Translations under genes and position numbers: made by a program
Assembly (NCBI GenBank): GCA_963849365.1
Contig: CAWKHA010000001.1
Location: 451,182-515,181, forward strand
Direction of reading: 5' to 3'
Origin: an uncultured Actinomycetota bacterium
Lineage (GTDB): Bacteria > Actinomycetota > Actinomycetes > Prado026
Length of the DNA stretch: 64,000 nucleotides
The notes under the pieces: model-generated
Database searches by the model: none
What the model was told of the DNA's origin: nothing
Seen by the model: only the letters and a program-made list of their open reading frames with translations
Shown: one piece after another, positions 29,171 through 39,479 of the stretch
Position numbering within the stretch: the stretch's first letter is position 1
Layout: every line of letters begins with the position of its first letter

Positions 29171-29968
29171 TCAGCGCACCGGTCGGTAGCGCTGCAGCCC
29201 TCCGGCCGGGACGAAACCCAGCCGCCGGTAGAGCCGCTCCCCCGCGTCCGTCGCGTACATCCAGACGGTGTCCACCGGAGCCGAGGCGCCGACCTGTGCG
29301 GCCGCCGCCGCGAGTGCCGCCCCGTAGCCGTGCCCGCGGTCCGCCGGGAGCACCCCCAGTCCGGACAGGTACGCGGTCCCGCCCGCGAACCAGACGAGCG
29401 CGCAACCGACCGGGCGACCGCCCACCCGGGCGACCAGGAACCGGCGCCGTGGGCGCTCGAGGTCGCCCGGGACCACGAGCAGCGCCGCGAGCCCGTGGTC
29501 CTCCATCCAGCCCCCGTACGCCGCCCGGATCTCGTCGATCCCGCCCGGTGGCCCGATCTGGAGTCCGGCGATCTCGACCGGCGCCAGGGCCGCCGCGTCG
29601 GCCCGGCCGAGCGCCAGCACCGGCAGCCGCTCCGCCGCGGCCAGCCCGTGCCGCGCCGGGTCGAAGCGCGGGGCCACCTGGTCGGGGAGGCCCAGCGCCA
29701 GGCCGCGCCCGTCCGACCGCTCGGCCGCCCATCGCAGGGCGGCGTCCAGCTCGGCCGGGACCGGCAGTGCCGGACCGTGCATGACGGCCGGGCCGGTGAT
29801 CGACAGCTCGACCGACCACGGGTGGGGGACGCCGAGATCGCTGGCGAGCACCGACCCGAACGGCTCGATGGCGCGGTGCGGGGCGCCGCTGCACGCGAGC
29901 AGGTCGACCGCCGACCGGGCCTGCGCCGCGCGCAGTGCCAGGCGCGCGGCCGTGCCGGCGGCGTCCAC
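29171..29968 (-). CDS. GNAT-family N-acetyltransferase
   Basis: C-terminal GNAT core (…VGCALVWFAGG…GVLPADRGHGYGAALAAAA…RLYRRLGF). Confidence 0.65.
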   Translation of the reverse strand: MDAAGTAARLALRAAQARSAVDLLACSGAPHRAIEPFGSVLASDLGVPHPWSVELSITGPAVMHGPALPVPAELDAALRWAAERSDGRGLALGLPDQVAPRFDPARHGLAAAERLPVLALGRADAAALAPVEIAGLQIGPPGGIDEIRAAYGGWMEDHGLAALLVVPGDLERPRRRFLVARVGGRPVGCALVWFAGGTAYLSGLGVLPADRGHGYGAALAAAAAQVGASAPVDTVWMYATDAGERLYRRLGFVPAGGLQRYRPVR

Positions 29969-30002
29969 GGCCGACAGCGTCGCAGAAACCGCGGCCCCCG
30001 GG

Positions 30003-30824
30003 TCAGACGGGCGGGGGTCCGGAGTGCGGGACGGCCGACGGGAGGCCGGCGCTGGGGTGCGCCAGCCCGTGCGACCGCAGCACCGCCGCGGTCTCCTCGT
30101 CGACCCTGGACCAGCTCGGTACCGGTTCGGCGCGGGTCAGGTCCCAGGCGAGCACGAGCAGGAGCAGCACCGCTCCCAGGGCCGCCCCGGCCACCAGGTC
30201 GCTGAGCCAGTGGTAGTCCAGGTACAGCGACGCGGCGCAGACACCGAGCGTGACGAGCCCGGCCGAGGCCACCAGTACCCTGGCCGGCATCCTGCGCCGC
30301 CCGTACACGATCAGCAGGTAGGCCAGCAGACCCCACGACACGGCCGCGTTGGCCGCGTGGCCGGAAGGGAACTGCTCGCCACCGACGTATAGCAGGTCGT
30401 GCCCGGACAGCGGCTTGCTGCGGCCCATCGTCAGCTTCATCGCCCCGACGACGAGGTTGAGGACGGCGAGCGCAGCACCGGTCACCGCGAGCGGCCGCCA
30501 GGTCCGCGCGCGCCAGGCCAGGTACGCGGCGACGGCGACCAGGACGGCGCCGGCGACCGCTCGCTGGCCGAGCCGGTCGAACAGGTTCGAGACCGAGACC
30601 AGCGCCGGGTCCCCCCGGTGCCACGACCCCACGGCCAGCGCGTCGTCCAGGTGCCGCAGCGGACCGCCGCCCAGGACGTCCGCGGTGATCGCGACGACGG
30701 GCAGGGAGAACAGCACCGCGAGCGAGACGAGCCGGTGCGCCACCGCTACGGACGCCGGGACGGCCGCGGGTGCGACCACCGCGGGCGTGCGTGGCACTGC
30801 GCCGGCGGACGTGAGCGCGGGCAT
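30003..30824 (-). CDS. PAP2-superfamily phosphatase (membrane)
   Basis: PAP2 motifs KLTMGRSKP, PSGHA and DYHWLSDLVAGA. I chose the ATG at 30824 (MPALTSAG…), which has an AGGAG box upstream. Confidence 0.7.
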   Translation of the reverse strand: MPALTSAGAVPRTPAVVAPAAVPASVAVAHRLVSLAVLFSLPVVAITADVLGGGPLRHLDDALAVGSWHRGDPALVSVSNLFDRLGQRAVAGAVLVAVAAYLAWRARTWRPLAVTGAALAVLNLVVGAMKLTMGRSKPLSGHDLLYVGGEQFPSGHAANAAVSWGLLAYLLIVYGRRRMPARVLVASAGLVTLGVCAASLYLDYHWLSDLVAGAALGAVLLLLVLAWDLTRAEPVPSWSRVDEETAAVLRSHGLAHPSAGLPSAVPHSGPPPV

Positions 30825-30994
30825 GACGAGAGGGCTCCTGATGGGCGGGAGGCGGGCGGACCGGGTTCGGTGCTCCTTACCCGTCCAACGAGCCGCCACC
30901 CGGGGATGACCGCCGATCCGCGCGTGTCCTGTCTCACACAGCGCTCGCTCAGGTTCTCCGGGGCCCGGCGCTCGCGAGCGCGCTGCGGTGTACG

Positions 30995-31795
30995 TTGCGC
31001 GAACCGGCCGGCACCGCTGAGGGGGCTCACTTGACCAGTCGTCGGGCACGGCTCGCCACGGCGGCGCTGGTGACGCTGGCGACCACGGTGTCGCTCGGCG
31101 CGGTGAGCGCGCCGGCGCACGCGGCCGTCGACACCGGTCTCGTGCTCGGCTACGGGTTCGAACGCCTCGGGGGCGGCCTGGTCACCGACTCCTCGCCGTC
31201 GCATCTGGACGGCACCCGGATGGGCTCCCCCGCGCTGCCGGGTCAGGCCACCGGACCGCAGGGGCACGGCAAGGCCCTGTCGTTCGACTCGGCCCAGCAG
31301 CAGTTCGTCGACGCCGGGGACGCGGCCGCCCTGGACGTCGACCGGTTCACGCTGGCCGCCTGGGTCCGATACACGCCCAACGTCCACGACGACCGCTGGG
31401 AGATCCTGGAGAAGGCGGGCGCCTACTGGATGAACATCCGCACCGACACCCGCCGGCTGCGGTTCGGCGGGTTCTTCGGCGGCTGCACCGGCAGCAACCG
31501 CTGGTTCTTCCTGGACAGCAACAAAGCGCTGCCCGCCAACACGTGGGTGCACGTCGCCGGGACGTACGACGGCAAGGCCCTGCGCATCTACGTCAACGGA
31601 GCCCTGAACGCGACGATGAGCGTGACCGGCACGACCTGTGCCAACAGCGAGCCGCTCGGCGTCGGAGCCAAGAACCGCACCGCCACCGGCGTCGTCGAGG
31701 CGTACTTCGACGGTCGGATCGACGACCTTCGGGTCTACTCGCGGGCGCTGACGGCGGCCGAGGTCAAGACCGTCCGCACCACCCCGCTCGCCTGA
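30995..31795 (+). CDS. Secreted LamG-like (concanavalin-A-like lectin/glucanase) domain protein
   Basis: Signal peptide …VSLGAVSAPAHAAV, then …DRFTLAAWVRYTP…WVHVAGTYDG…LRIYVNG…DDLRVYSRAL typical of LamG_3 domains. An alternative TTG start is possible near 31031. Confidence 0.65.
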   Translation: MREPAGTAEGAHLTSRRARLATAALVTLATTVSLGAVSAPAHAAVDTGLVLGYGFERLGGGLVTDSSPSHLDGTRMGSPALPGQATGPQGHGKALSFDSAQQQFVDAGDAAALDVDRFTLAAWVRYTPNVHDDRWEILEKAGAYWMNIRTDTRRLRFGGFFGGCTGSNRWFFLDSNKALPANTWVHVAGTYDGKALRIYVNGALNATMSVTGTTCANSEPLGVGAKNRTATGVVEAYFDGRIDDLRVYSRALTAAEVKTVRTTPLA

Positions 31796-31837
31796 CCGGT
31801 CGGTCCAGACGCGACGCCCGGCGCCCGTGCCCGGTGT

Positions 31838-32278
31838 TCAGCCGTGGGCCTCGGCGTACGCCTTGAGCCCGTCGACGGTGCTCGCGACGAGTCCTTCGAT
31901 GACCCGCCTGCGGATGAAGCCGGGTAGCGGCAGGTTGTGGCTGATCGTCAGCTCGAAGGTCACCTCGGTCCGGGCGGCGCCGTTGCGCCGCACGGTGTAG
32001 TGGCCGTCCTGACCGGTCTGCAGCCGCCCCTCGACCAGGTGCCAGCGCAGGCCGTCGTCGGCATGCTCGTACTCCAGCGTGTAGCGGTCGGTGCCGACCG
32101 GGCTCGAAGCCCGGAAGCGGGCGGTCGCGACGCTCCCGTCCTCGTACTCCTCGAGCACTTCCGCCTCGAGGATCTCCTTGATCCACTCGGGCTGGGTGTC
32201 GACGTGCCGGATCACGTCCAGCACGTCGGCGAACGGCGCCTGGATGCTCACGGTCCGGCTGGCGGTGTCGGTGGGCAT
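31838..32278 (-). CDS. SRPBCC-family protein (polyketide cyclase/dehydrase-like, START fold)
   Basis: Size and pattern (…SIQAPFADVLDVI…W…) fit the family. It lies 27 nt upstream of a WS/DGAT gene on the same strand. Confidence 0.65.
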   Translation of the reverse strand: MPTDTASRTVSIQAPFADVLDVIRHVDTQPEWIKEILEAEVLEEYEDGSVATARFRASSPVGTDRYTLEYEHADDGLRWHLVEGRLQTGQDGHYTVRRNGAARTEVTFELTISHNLPLPGFIRRRVIEGLVASTVDGLKAYAEAHG

Positions 32279-32304
32279 GAGGGCTCCTCGGGCTCGGGCG
32301 GGTG

Positions 32305-33702
32305 TCAGGCGGACTTGGCCAGCCGCAGCAGCAGGTCCATCTCGTCGTCGAAGGCCTGCACGAGCTTCTCCGGATCAGGCACCACGCCCGCGTCGACCTT
32401 GAAGCCCACCCGTACCGCTCCCTCGTAGCTGAAGATGCACACCCCGACCGTCTGCTGTCCGGAGCCGGGCACCCAGGCCAGGACGCCGCTGATGCGGCTG
32501 CCTGCGAGGTACCGCGCAGCCAGCGGCCCTGCCACGTTGGTGGTCACCCCGATCGCCTTCGCGGCGAAGAAGTCGACGATGAGGTGGGCGATGTCGGGGC
32601 TGGTGCGGCCGATGGCGTTGATCAGCCCGAACGTGAGCGTCGCCTCCGGCGACCGCTTGATCGAGTCCATCCGGCGCTTGGACTCGGACAGCCGTTGCAG
32701 GGGGGCCCGGACGCCGGTGGGCAGCGGAAGCATGACGAGGGCGAACTGGTTGCCCAGCTCGGGCGGCAGCGGCTGGTCGAGCGGCCGCAGGTTCACCGGG
32801 ACCATCGTCGTCAGGTCCAGCGGGTCCCCGCCGTGGTCGACGAGGTACGAGCCGATGGCGCCCGAGACGGCGGCCACCAGCACGTCGTTCACCGTCGCAC
32901 CGGCCAGCCGGCCGACGCGCTTGACGTCCGGCAGCGGCCGCGGCAACGACCAGACGGTGCGCTTGGGCACGCCCGGCGTCCCGCTCAACGGGCTCTCGGG
33001 GTTGCTTCCCAGCAACAGCTTGTCGGCGATGTGCCCGGTCTGCCGGGCCAGGGTGAGGACGTCAGCGGCGTTCGCCGGGTTGACCGCGCGCGGAAGAGCA
33101 GAGAGCAGGTGCATCGCCCCGCGCACGGCCGAGGCCGCGCTCGCCGTGGTCCTGGCCGCCGACCCCAGCAGCCCGGACGCCTCCGCGCCCGCCTTGGCGA
33201 CAGCGGCCTCCATCTCCTCCAGGTCGGCCGTGTCGTCGCCGTCGGTGAGCGACAGCAGCACCTGCGCCAGCGCGATGCCGTCCGCCAGCGCGTGGTGGAA
33301 CCGGACGAGCAACGCTGTTCCGCCCAGGTAGCCGTCGAGGAAGTGGATCTCCCAGAGCGGGTGGTTGCGGTCGAGCGGCCGGTGAACCTGCGACTCCACG
33401 TACCGCTGCAGGGAGTCTTCGTCGCCCGGCGGCGGGAGGGTCGCCCGGCGCAGCTGGCGCTCGAGGGAGAAGTCGGGGTCGTCCTCCCAGTGCGGCCAGC
33501 CGACCGGCGACGAGGGGTCCACCGGCCGCTGGTGGAACACCGGGTATCGGTCGACCAGCCGGTGCTCGATCACCGCCTCCAGGCGCTGCCAGTCGAGCGG
33601 CCCGTCGAACCACATGACGGAGTCGATGACCATGAGGTTCTCCGGCCTGTCCAGGTTCAGCCAGATGGTGTCGACCGCGCCGATACGCCGTCTGCCGGTC
33701 AT
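32305..33702 (-). CDS. Wax ester synthase/diacylglycerol acyltransferase (WS/DGAT)
   Basis: Active-site motif HHALADG and full-length WS/DGAT layout. Confidence 0.8.
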   Translation of the reverse strand: MTGRRRIGAVDTIWLNLDRPENLMVIDSVMWFDGPLDWQRLEAVIEHRLVDRYPVFHQRPVDPSSPVGWPHWEDDPDFSLERQLRRATLPPPGDEDSLQRYVESQVHRPLDRNHPLWEIHFLDGYLGGTALLVRFHHALADGIALAQVLLSLTDGDDTADLEEMEAAVAKAGAEASGLLGSAARTTASAASAVRGAMHLLSALPRAVNPANAADVLTLARQTGHIADKLLLGSNPESPLSGTPGVPKRTVWSLPRPLPDVKRVGRLAGATVNDVLVAAVSGAIGSYLVDHGGDPLDLTTMVPVNLRPLDQPLPPELGNQFALVMLPLPTGVRAPLQRLSESKRRMDSIKRSPEATLTFGLINAIGRTSPDIAHLIVDFFAAKAIGVTTNVAGPLAARYLAGSRISGVLAWVPGSGQQTVGVCIFSYEGAVRVGFKVDAGVVPDPEKLVQAFDDEMDLLLRLAKSA

Positions 33703-33931
33703 CTCTCACCGCCGATGCAACGCTCCTGAGCCGAGCCTGACGCTACGGGTGGCGGCGGCCTAGGGCCGTTGGACCCGAGGCGTCACCGGGGGTCTTGACC
33801 CGAGCCCCACATCCTCAGCATTTCCTCAGTAGATCGACAGCGATCCGACAGGCACTGTTCAGATACCTGTCAGCGGACGCTCGCAGTCTCGGTCCCGACG
33901 GACTGACCCCCTGGTCGATCGGACGGGCACC

Positions 33932-34294
33932 ATGATCGAGATCCAGAGCACCTGCGCCTACTGCGGGACGGAGCTGACCCTCGCCCCGGCGGAGCTGCTC
34001 CTGCTGGTACCCGCCGAGCTCCATGGGGAGCGCTCGGCGCGGCTCCTGCACGGATGCCTGGAGTGCCGCGCGACCACGGTGCGGCTCGTCGACCGGAGAC
34101 TGGCCGCGATCCTGATGGCCAAAGACGTCCCCAGCCTGCCCGACCTCGAGCTCGAGCCGGCCGAGGCCCCGCACCCGGAGAACCCGCCGGACGGCCAGGC
34201 GTGGTCGGCGGACGACCTCATCGAGCTGCACGACCTGCTGGCGACGGACGACTGGTTCGAGACGCTGCTGGCGGCATCCGACGGGACGACCTGA
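33932..34294 (+). CDS. Hypothetical small protein with CxxC…CxxC
   Basis: D/E/L-rich protein-like composition, whereas the opposite strand gives R/P/S-rich junk. No family recognised. Confidence 0.4.
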   Translation: MIEIQSTCAYCGTELTLAPAELLLLVPAELHGERSARLLHGCLECRATTVRLVDRRLAAILMAKDVPSLPDLELEPAEAPHPENPPDGQAWSADDLIELHDLLATDDWFETLLAASDGTT

Positions 34295-34336
34295 CCGAAC
34301 CGCACCGGAGTCGGCGCCGCGCTCCGTGCACGGGGC

Positions 34337-36247
34337 TCAGTGCAGCGAACCGGCGAACCGGCGCAGCGTGCGGCCCTCACCCCGCAGCCACTCGATCCGC
34401 GCACCGAGGGTCACCAGTGTCGCCCCGGCGAGCCCAAGGGCCAGCCAGCGCGGAACGGCGATCAGCCCGCCCCAGACCTGGGCCGCGCCGGCCACGCCGA
34501 GCGCGACCGACCCCGGCACGAGCAGGCCGGCGAGGCGCAGGTGCGCTCCCAGGGCCACCACCACGACGCTCACGACGAGGACCGCGACCATGCGGGCCAA
34601 CGCCTCGGTGGGCGCCTGGTCGGTCGCTTCGACGACCCACGGCGCCGCCCAGCAGGCGATGGCGGACGGCAGCAGGGCCATGGCCACCCCCGGCCCGAGC
34701 CAGACGAGCGAGCCGGCAGGACGCGAGAGCCGCCACAGGCCGCCCGCGAGGAGCAGGAGCGCGGCGAACGGGAGCGTCCAGGACTCAGGCAGGACCGCCA
34801 GGTCCGGCAGGTTCGGCTGGGCGACGAGCAGGGCCACCTCACCCGCGACAGCGGCCGGCCAGGCCATGACCGGTTCGCGTACCGGCTCGGGGACCGGGCC
34901 GGCGACGACGAACCACGTGGCCGTGACCAGCACGAGCAGCACGGAGAGCTGACCGAGGACCTGGTCGCCCGGGCCCCCCGGGTCACTCATCACGAGAGAG
35001 CCGACGGCCCACGTCGCCCACAGCGCACCCGATGCGAGCAGGCCCGCCCGCACGTGCCCGGCACGGGCGAGGACGCCGAGCACGGCGACACCGGCGACGG
35101 CCGTGAGCGCGGCCAGCCAGTACGCCTGCCCATCCACCTCGGCGAGCAGCAGCGCGACCCCGCCGCTCACGCCGGCCAGGGCTGCGGCACCGGCTCCAGC
35201 GACGGGGAGCCGCGTGCGCAGGTAGGCGAGCGCGGCCGCCACCGCCGTCAGCAGGGTGGTCACGAGAGTGCCCACGAGCGCCGGCCGGTCGAGGTCCGAG
35301 ACCCCGTTGACCCAGGCCGGGACCGCGAGCACGAGGGCGACCGCCCCGGCGGCCGTCATCGCCCGCTCGTCGACCCGCAGCCGGGCCGACACGAGCGGCC
35401 CTGCCAGCAGCCCGACCGCTGCGAGCGCGACCACACTCACACTGATCGCCGCCCACGGCTGGGCGTCGTCGGCCACCCCCTGAGCCAGGTATGCGGTGGC
35501 CAGCGCCGCACCCACCGCGGCGGTCGGCCAGCCGAGCCACACCCACGCACGGACCGCGAGGAGGTGGCCGAGCCCGACAGCGACCGCGGACAGCGCGAAG
35601 ACGGCGACGGTCGGGTACGCGTGCGACGCGTCGAGCCACGAGTCGGGCAGGAAGCCGAGCGCGGGTGCCGCGACCACGTCGACGGTGGCCAGACCGAACG
35701 CGACGACTCCGAGCGCCTCCGCCGTGCCCGGCAGCCGGCGGACCAGCCGCGCCGCCGCCACAGCGAAGCCGACAGTAGCCACCGTCATGACCGTGACCTG
35801 TCCGGCGGCGCCGAGGCGGCTCCAGACGACGGCGGTGAACACGACCGCCGCCACGATCAGGAGTCCGGCCCCCAGTCCGAGCAACAGGTTCTGCACGCCG
35901 TGACCGGCCGGCGCCGCGGGCGGTCGCGCTGCGCCCGAAGGGCCGCCGGCCCCGCCGGCGCCGACTGCGGCCTGCGCCGTGGGGGCGGGCCAGATCTCGA
36001 ACCGGCGTGCGGTTTCGGCGTCCGGAGCGGGGTCACCCGCAGCGATCCGCTCCTCGAGCCACCTGAGCCTGGCCGACAGGTAGGCCGCCTCGGCGAGGTA
36101 GCCCGCGTACGCGCGGTGACCGCAAACACACCTGACCATGCCGGTCTCGTCAGGCGCCCCCGGCAGCGGTGCACCGCACGCGCTGCAAGGGCTCAGGCCC
36201 TCAGCGGTCATGGTCATCGCTGGGCGTCCGGTCGACATCACGACCAC
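34337..36247 (-). CDS. Large polytopic membrane protein with an N-terminal cytoplasmic zinc-ribbon (CSACG…CVCGH) and 14 or more TM helices
   Basis: Long run of hydrophobic helices and N-terminal Cys pairs. The plus-strand ORF 34340..36769 is R/G/D-rich and was rejected. Several starts are possible between 36214 and 36247. Confidence 0.6.
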   Translation of the reverse strand: MVVMSTGRPAMTMTAEGLSPCSACGAPLPGAPDETGMVRCVCGHRAYAGYLAEAAYLSARLRWLEERIAAGDPAPDAETARRFEIWPAPTAQAAVGAGGAGGPSGAARPPAAPAGHGVQNLLLGLGAGLLIVAAVVFTAVVWSRLGAAGQVTVMTVATVGFAVAAARLVRRLPGTAEALGVVAFGLATVDVVAAPALGFLPDSWLDASHAYPTVAVFALSAVAVGLGHLLAVRAWVWLGWPTAAVGAALATAYLAQGVADDAQPWAAISVSVVALAAVGLLAGPLVSARLRVDERAMTAAGAVALVLAVPAWVNGVSDLDRPALVGTLVTTLLTAVAAALAYLRTRLPVAGAGAAALAGVSGGVALLLAEVDGQAYWLAALTAVAGVAVLGVLARAGHVRAGLLASGALWATWAVGSLVMSDPGGPGDQVLGQLSVLLVLVTATWFVVAGPVPEPVREPVMAWPAAVAGEVALLVAQPNLPDLAVLPESWTLPFAALLLLAGGLWRLSRPAGSLVWLGPGVAMALLPSAIACWAAPWVVEATDQAPTEALARMVAVLVVSVVVVALGAHLRLAGLLVPGSVALGVAGAAQVWGGLIAVPRWLALGLAGATLVTLGARIEWLRGEGRTLRRFAGSLH

Positions 36248-36418
36248 CTCCGCAGGGCGCTCGCCGCGCTACCACCGGCACTCTCACGTTGCCGCGGGGC
36301 GGCTCGCCCGGTAAGGGTCCAAAGCCCTCCGGCGCCACCGTGTCACCCGCCAACCATGGTCGGTACCGACCGTTCCCGGAGGCTTCCGCGGACGGACCGA
36401 CCAGAAAGGAAGAGACGG

Positions 36419-37753
36419 CTACCCCTGGTACTCGAACGCTCCCCGGTCGGCGTACGGCGGGACGCCCCTGCCCGTGTTCGCCTTGCCGGGAGCGTCGAAC
36501 CGCGGTTTCCCGTCGGCGTCGGTGCTGGTGAAGGCAGGGGCCGACGCGTCGGCCGAGTCGATCGCCGCCGAGCCGGCGCGCAGGTGCAGGTCACCTGCCA
36601 CCGCGTTCACGAACTTCGCGATGGCCTGGATCCCGTGCGTCTCCTGCTGGGGCACGGCCGCCCTGAACGCCGCGAGCGTCGAGTAGCTCGTGCCGTTCCA
36701 CTGGACCATCTTGCCGCCGGCTGCACTCAGGTAGAGGAGGTCGCTGTCCATCGACGACCCGGGCACTGATGTCGCATCGACGCGGATATTGCCCTTCTGG
36801 CCGAACGTGTTGGACAGAGCGTTGTCCTGGCTGATGTTGTCGCGGATCGTCGTGCCCGATGACCCGCCTTCGACGTTGATCCCGGACGTCGTGTTCTTGT
36901 ACACGGTGTTGCCGACGATCACGAGACCGGCCGACGAGAGCACGTCGATGCCGTGGTCGCCGTTGCGGTAGACGACATTGTCGGTCGCGACGCTGTTGTC
37001 CGCCCCGCTGTAGAACTGGATCCCCGAGTCCTCGTTGTTGTGGGACACGTTCGCCGTGACGATGTTGCCGGGAGCGCGGACGTCGATCCCGGGCGCGGCG
37101 CGCGTGTAGCCCCGCGCGTTCGAGAAGGTCGAGTTGAAGGCCACGACATCGCCGGTGCTGCCGGACAGAAGGTAGATCCCGGCGTCGGTGTTGTGGTGCG
37201 CAGAGTTGGCCACGATCACCGAGGTGTTCGTCGCCTGGACGTAGATCCCTACCGCCGTGGAACCGTCGAACGGAGCGCCGCTGTACGACACCTCGTTGTT
37301 CCGCAGGATGATGTTCCACGACGACTGGAGCTTCAGCCCGTAGCTCGTCGTGTGCGTGACGTGGAAGCCGCTGATCGTGACATCGTGGACCGACGAGAGG
37401 GCGAAGCCGTTGGCGCCGCCGGTGACTGTGACCGTGGCACCCGAAGCCGCGGTCCACGTGATCGGCGCCCCCGGTGTCCCCGAGCGGTTGATCGACACGC
37501 GCTCGACGTACGTCCCGGAAGCGACCTGCACAGTCATGCCCGTCGAGACCTTCGCCACCGAGGCACCGATCGTGCAGAAGGGCACCGTGACCGTGCCGCT
37601 GCCCTGGTCGCTGCACGCGACGTTGCCGTTGTCGACGTACAGCACGGTGGCGGCGTGCGCGGGAGCGGGGAAACCGAGGACGACCGCGATCGCCACCGCC
37701 GCCCCGGCAGCGACCATTGCGAGCCGGCGCCTGTGCTGACTGCCCCGCGTCAT
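36419..37753 (-). CDS. Secreted right-handed parallel beta-helix repeat protein (pectate-lyase-fold/NosD-like)
   Basis: Signal peptide (…GFPAPAHAATV), then repetitive …N.V..N.…G.…turn motifs (NNEVSYSG, SHNNEDSGIQF, VYRNGDHGIDV) typical of PbH1 repeats. Confidence 0.7.
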   Translation of the reverse strand: MTRGSQHRRRLAMVAAGAAVAIAVVLGFPAPAHAATVLYVDNGNVACSDQGSGTVTVPFCTIGASVAKVSTGMTVQVASGTYVERVSINRSGTPGAPITWTAASGATVTVTGGANGFALSSVHDVTISGFHVTHTTSYGLKLQSSWNIILRNNEVSYSGAPFDGSTAVGIYVQATNTSVIVANSAHHNTDAGIYLLSGSTGDVVAFNSTFSNARGYTRAAPGIDVRAPGNIVTANVSHNNEDSGIQFYSGADNSVATDNVVYRNGDHGIDVLSSAGLVIVGNTVYKNTTSGINVEGGSSGTTIRDNISQDNALSNTFGQKGNIRVDATSVPGSSMDSDLLYLSAAGGKMVQWNGTSYSTLAAFRAAVPQQETHGIQAIAKFVNAVAGDLHLRAGSAAIDSADASAPAFTSTDADGKPRFDAPGKANTGRGVPPYADRGAFEYQG

Positions 37754-37942
37754 TGAGGGCCCCCTCCTCGGGCGTGGGGGCCATCATGCCAGCCAAGACT
37801 TGCGGAGCCAGCCCTACCGTGCAGGGCACCGTGCCCGGACCGCGCGGGAGGGGGCGGCGGCCACGGGCTGGGGTGGATCCCCCACCGCTCGACCCCCAGG
37901 GGGTGTTGCTGCCTTCCGCCGCTCAGCCCCGGGCGCGGTAGG

Positions 37943-38374
37943 TCATGCGGCTCGGCGGGCCGCCGGCGCGAGCAGGGTCACCACAGCCGCTACGAATGCG
38001 ACCACGCAGCCGAAGACCGACACGGCGAGCAGGACGCGGATCAGGAGGCGCCAACCGTCGGAGACGTCGAACGGGAACACCTGCCACATCCGCACGAGCA
38101 CAGCGAACCCGACCGCAGACGTCACCGCGTCCCCCGCCGCCTTGGCGGCACGCGAGCCACGCGCGGCCACGAACAGGTTCACGACGACGGCGACGACCAG
38201 CGAGGCGTTCACCCACGGCAGCACGTCGGCGAACGCGGGGGTCAGGAACGGCACGGCGTCCCACCCCGGCCACCAGTTGACCAGCACGATCAGCAGCAGG
38301 TTGACGACCAGGCCCCCGCCAGCTCCCACCCGGCGGCTCGTGGACCGGGTCGGGACTGGTGCGGTGGTGGCCAT
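37943..38374 (-). CDS. Small integral membrane protein (about 4 TM)
   Basis: Hydrophobic helices. ATG at 38374 with a GGGAGG box 6 nt upstream. Confidence 0.5.
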   Translation of the reverse strand: MATTAPVPTRSTSRRVGAGGGLVVNLLLIVLVNWWPGWDAVPFLTPAFADVLPWVNASLVVAVVVNLFVAARGSRAAKAAGDAVTSAVGFAVLVRMWQVFPFDVSDGWRLLIRVLLAVSVFGCVVAFVAAVVTLLAPAARRAA

Positions 38375-38777
38375 GGCTGCCTCCCCAACGAGGTGCGACT
38401 TCAGGCTAGGCACGCGGGCCGTGGCGGGGCGAGGGCCAAAGGTCCGGTGCGCTCGCGACTCACGCTGAGCGGCGGCGCGTCCCCTCGGCTACGTGGCCGG
38501 CGGTCAGGCAGGGCGCAGGGAGACTAGTCCAGGTAGTCGCGCAGTCGAGTGGCCGGAACAACTGTGCCCTGACCTGCGCAAACGCCGTCACAGCCACCGC
38601 TGTGGCGCGCACTATCCTGGACTGACAAGCAGGCACGACGGCAGTGCAGCACGCCGTCCCGAGCCCTGCTTCCCCACGTGCCTGACGATGCAGTAGCCGC
38701 TCGGGAGGAGGCACGCAACCCCTGCCCGGGTGACCGGCGGGGCTGCGTGCCGTGCCTACGAGGACAGCTGCCGAACG

Positions 38778-39308
38778 TCAGGACGCCGGGCAACCGGCGG
38801 GAGCGGCGGCGTCAGTCTTGCGCGCCGCACCGGTCGGGAGGAGCTGGACGGCGATGGTCTCTGCCTGGACCGTGCCGTTGTTCTTCAGCATGTGCACGTC
38901 GCGGCCACCAGCGTCGGTGAAGCTGCTGCCGGCCGCGTAGTCGCGCCCGGCGCACCCGTTGGTGTCCCTGTCGTAGTTCGTGATCGTCCCGCGGATCACG
39001 AAGATGATGCTCGGTCCGGGATGGGAGTGCCATCCGGTCGTGCCACCCACGTCGATGACGTTGTCGACGACGTAGCCGTCGGTGAGGCCGTGCGTCTTGA
39101 GGTAGACCAGCCAGAGGTCGCGCGGCTTGGGGAACCCCTTGCCGTCGTCCAGGCGGGCGAAGCCGCTCAGCTGTGTCGAGTCGAACGTGGATTTCGCCAG
39201 GATCGTGGTGGTGAGCCCGGCGCTCGGTGTCGCGGCCGCGTTGCCGGTCAGCAAGGTCGCGCCGGTCAGGGCCACGGCGCCCAGGACGAGGGTGCTTCTG
39301 CGCCTCAT
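38778..39308 (-). CDS. Secreted cupin-domain protein
   Basis: Signal peptide, then cupin motifs GWHSHPG…IIFVIRG. Confidence 0.65.
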   Translation of the reverse strand: MRRRSTLVLGAVALTGATLLTGNAAATPSAGLTTTILAKSTFDSTQLSGFARLDDGKGFPKPRDLWLVYLKTHGLTDGYVVDNVIDVGGTTGWHSHPGPSIIFVIRGTITNYDRDTNGCAGRDYAAGSSFTDAGGRDVHMLKNNGTVQAETIAVQLLPTGAARKTDAAAPAGCPAS

Positions 39309-39479
39309 GTTCTGTCCTTTCTGTCTCTGACGATCAGCCGGACAGGGTCACGGGGTCGCCGGTCCGGGCGTCACCCGTGAGGTCGGGAGTCCGCCGTACC
39401 CGCCCTCGGGTCCCGGGACGCTAGGTGTTGGCGCCTAGAGCGCGGCAAGATGCTGTCAAGACTCTGCGGGGAGGTCGGC

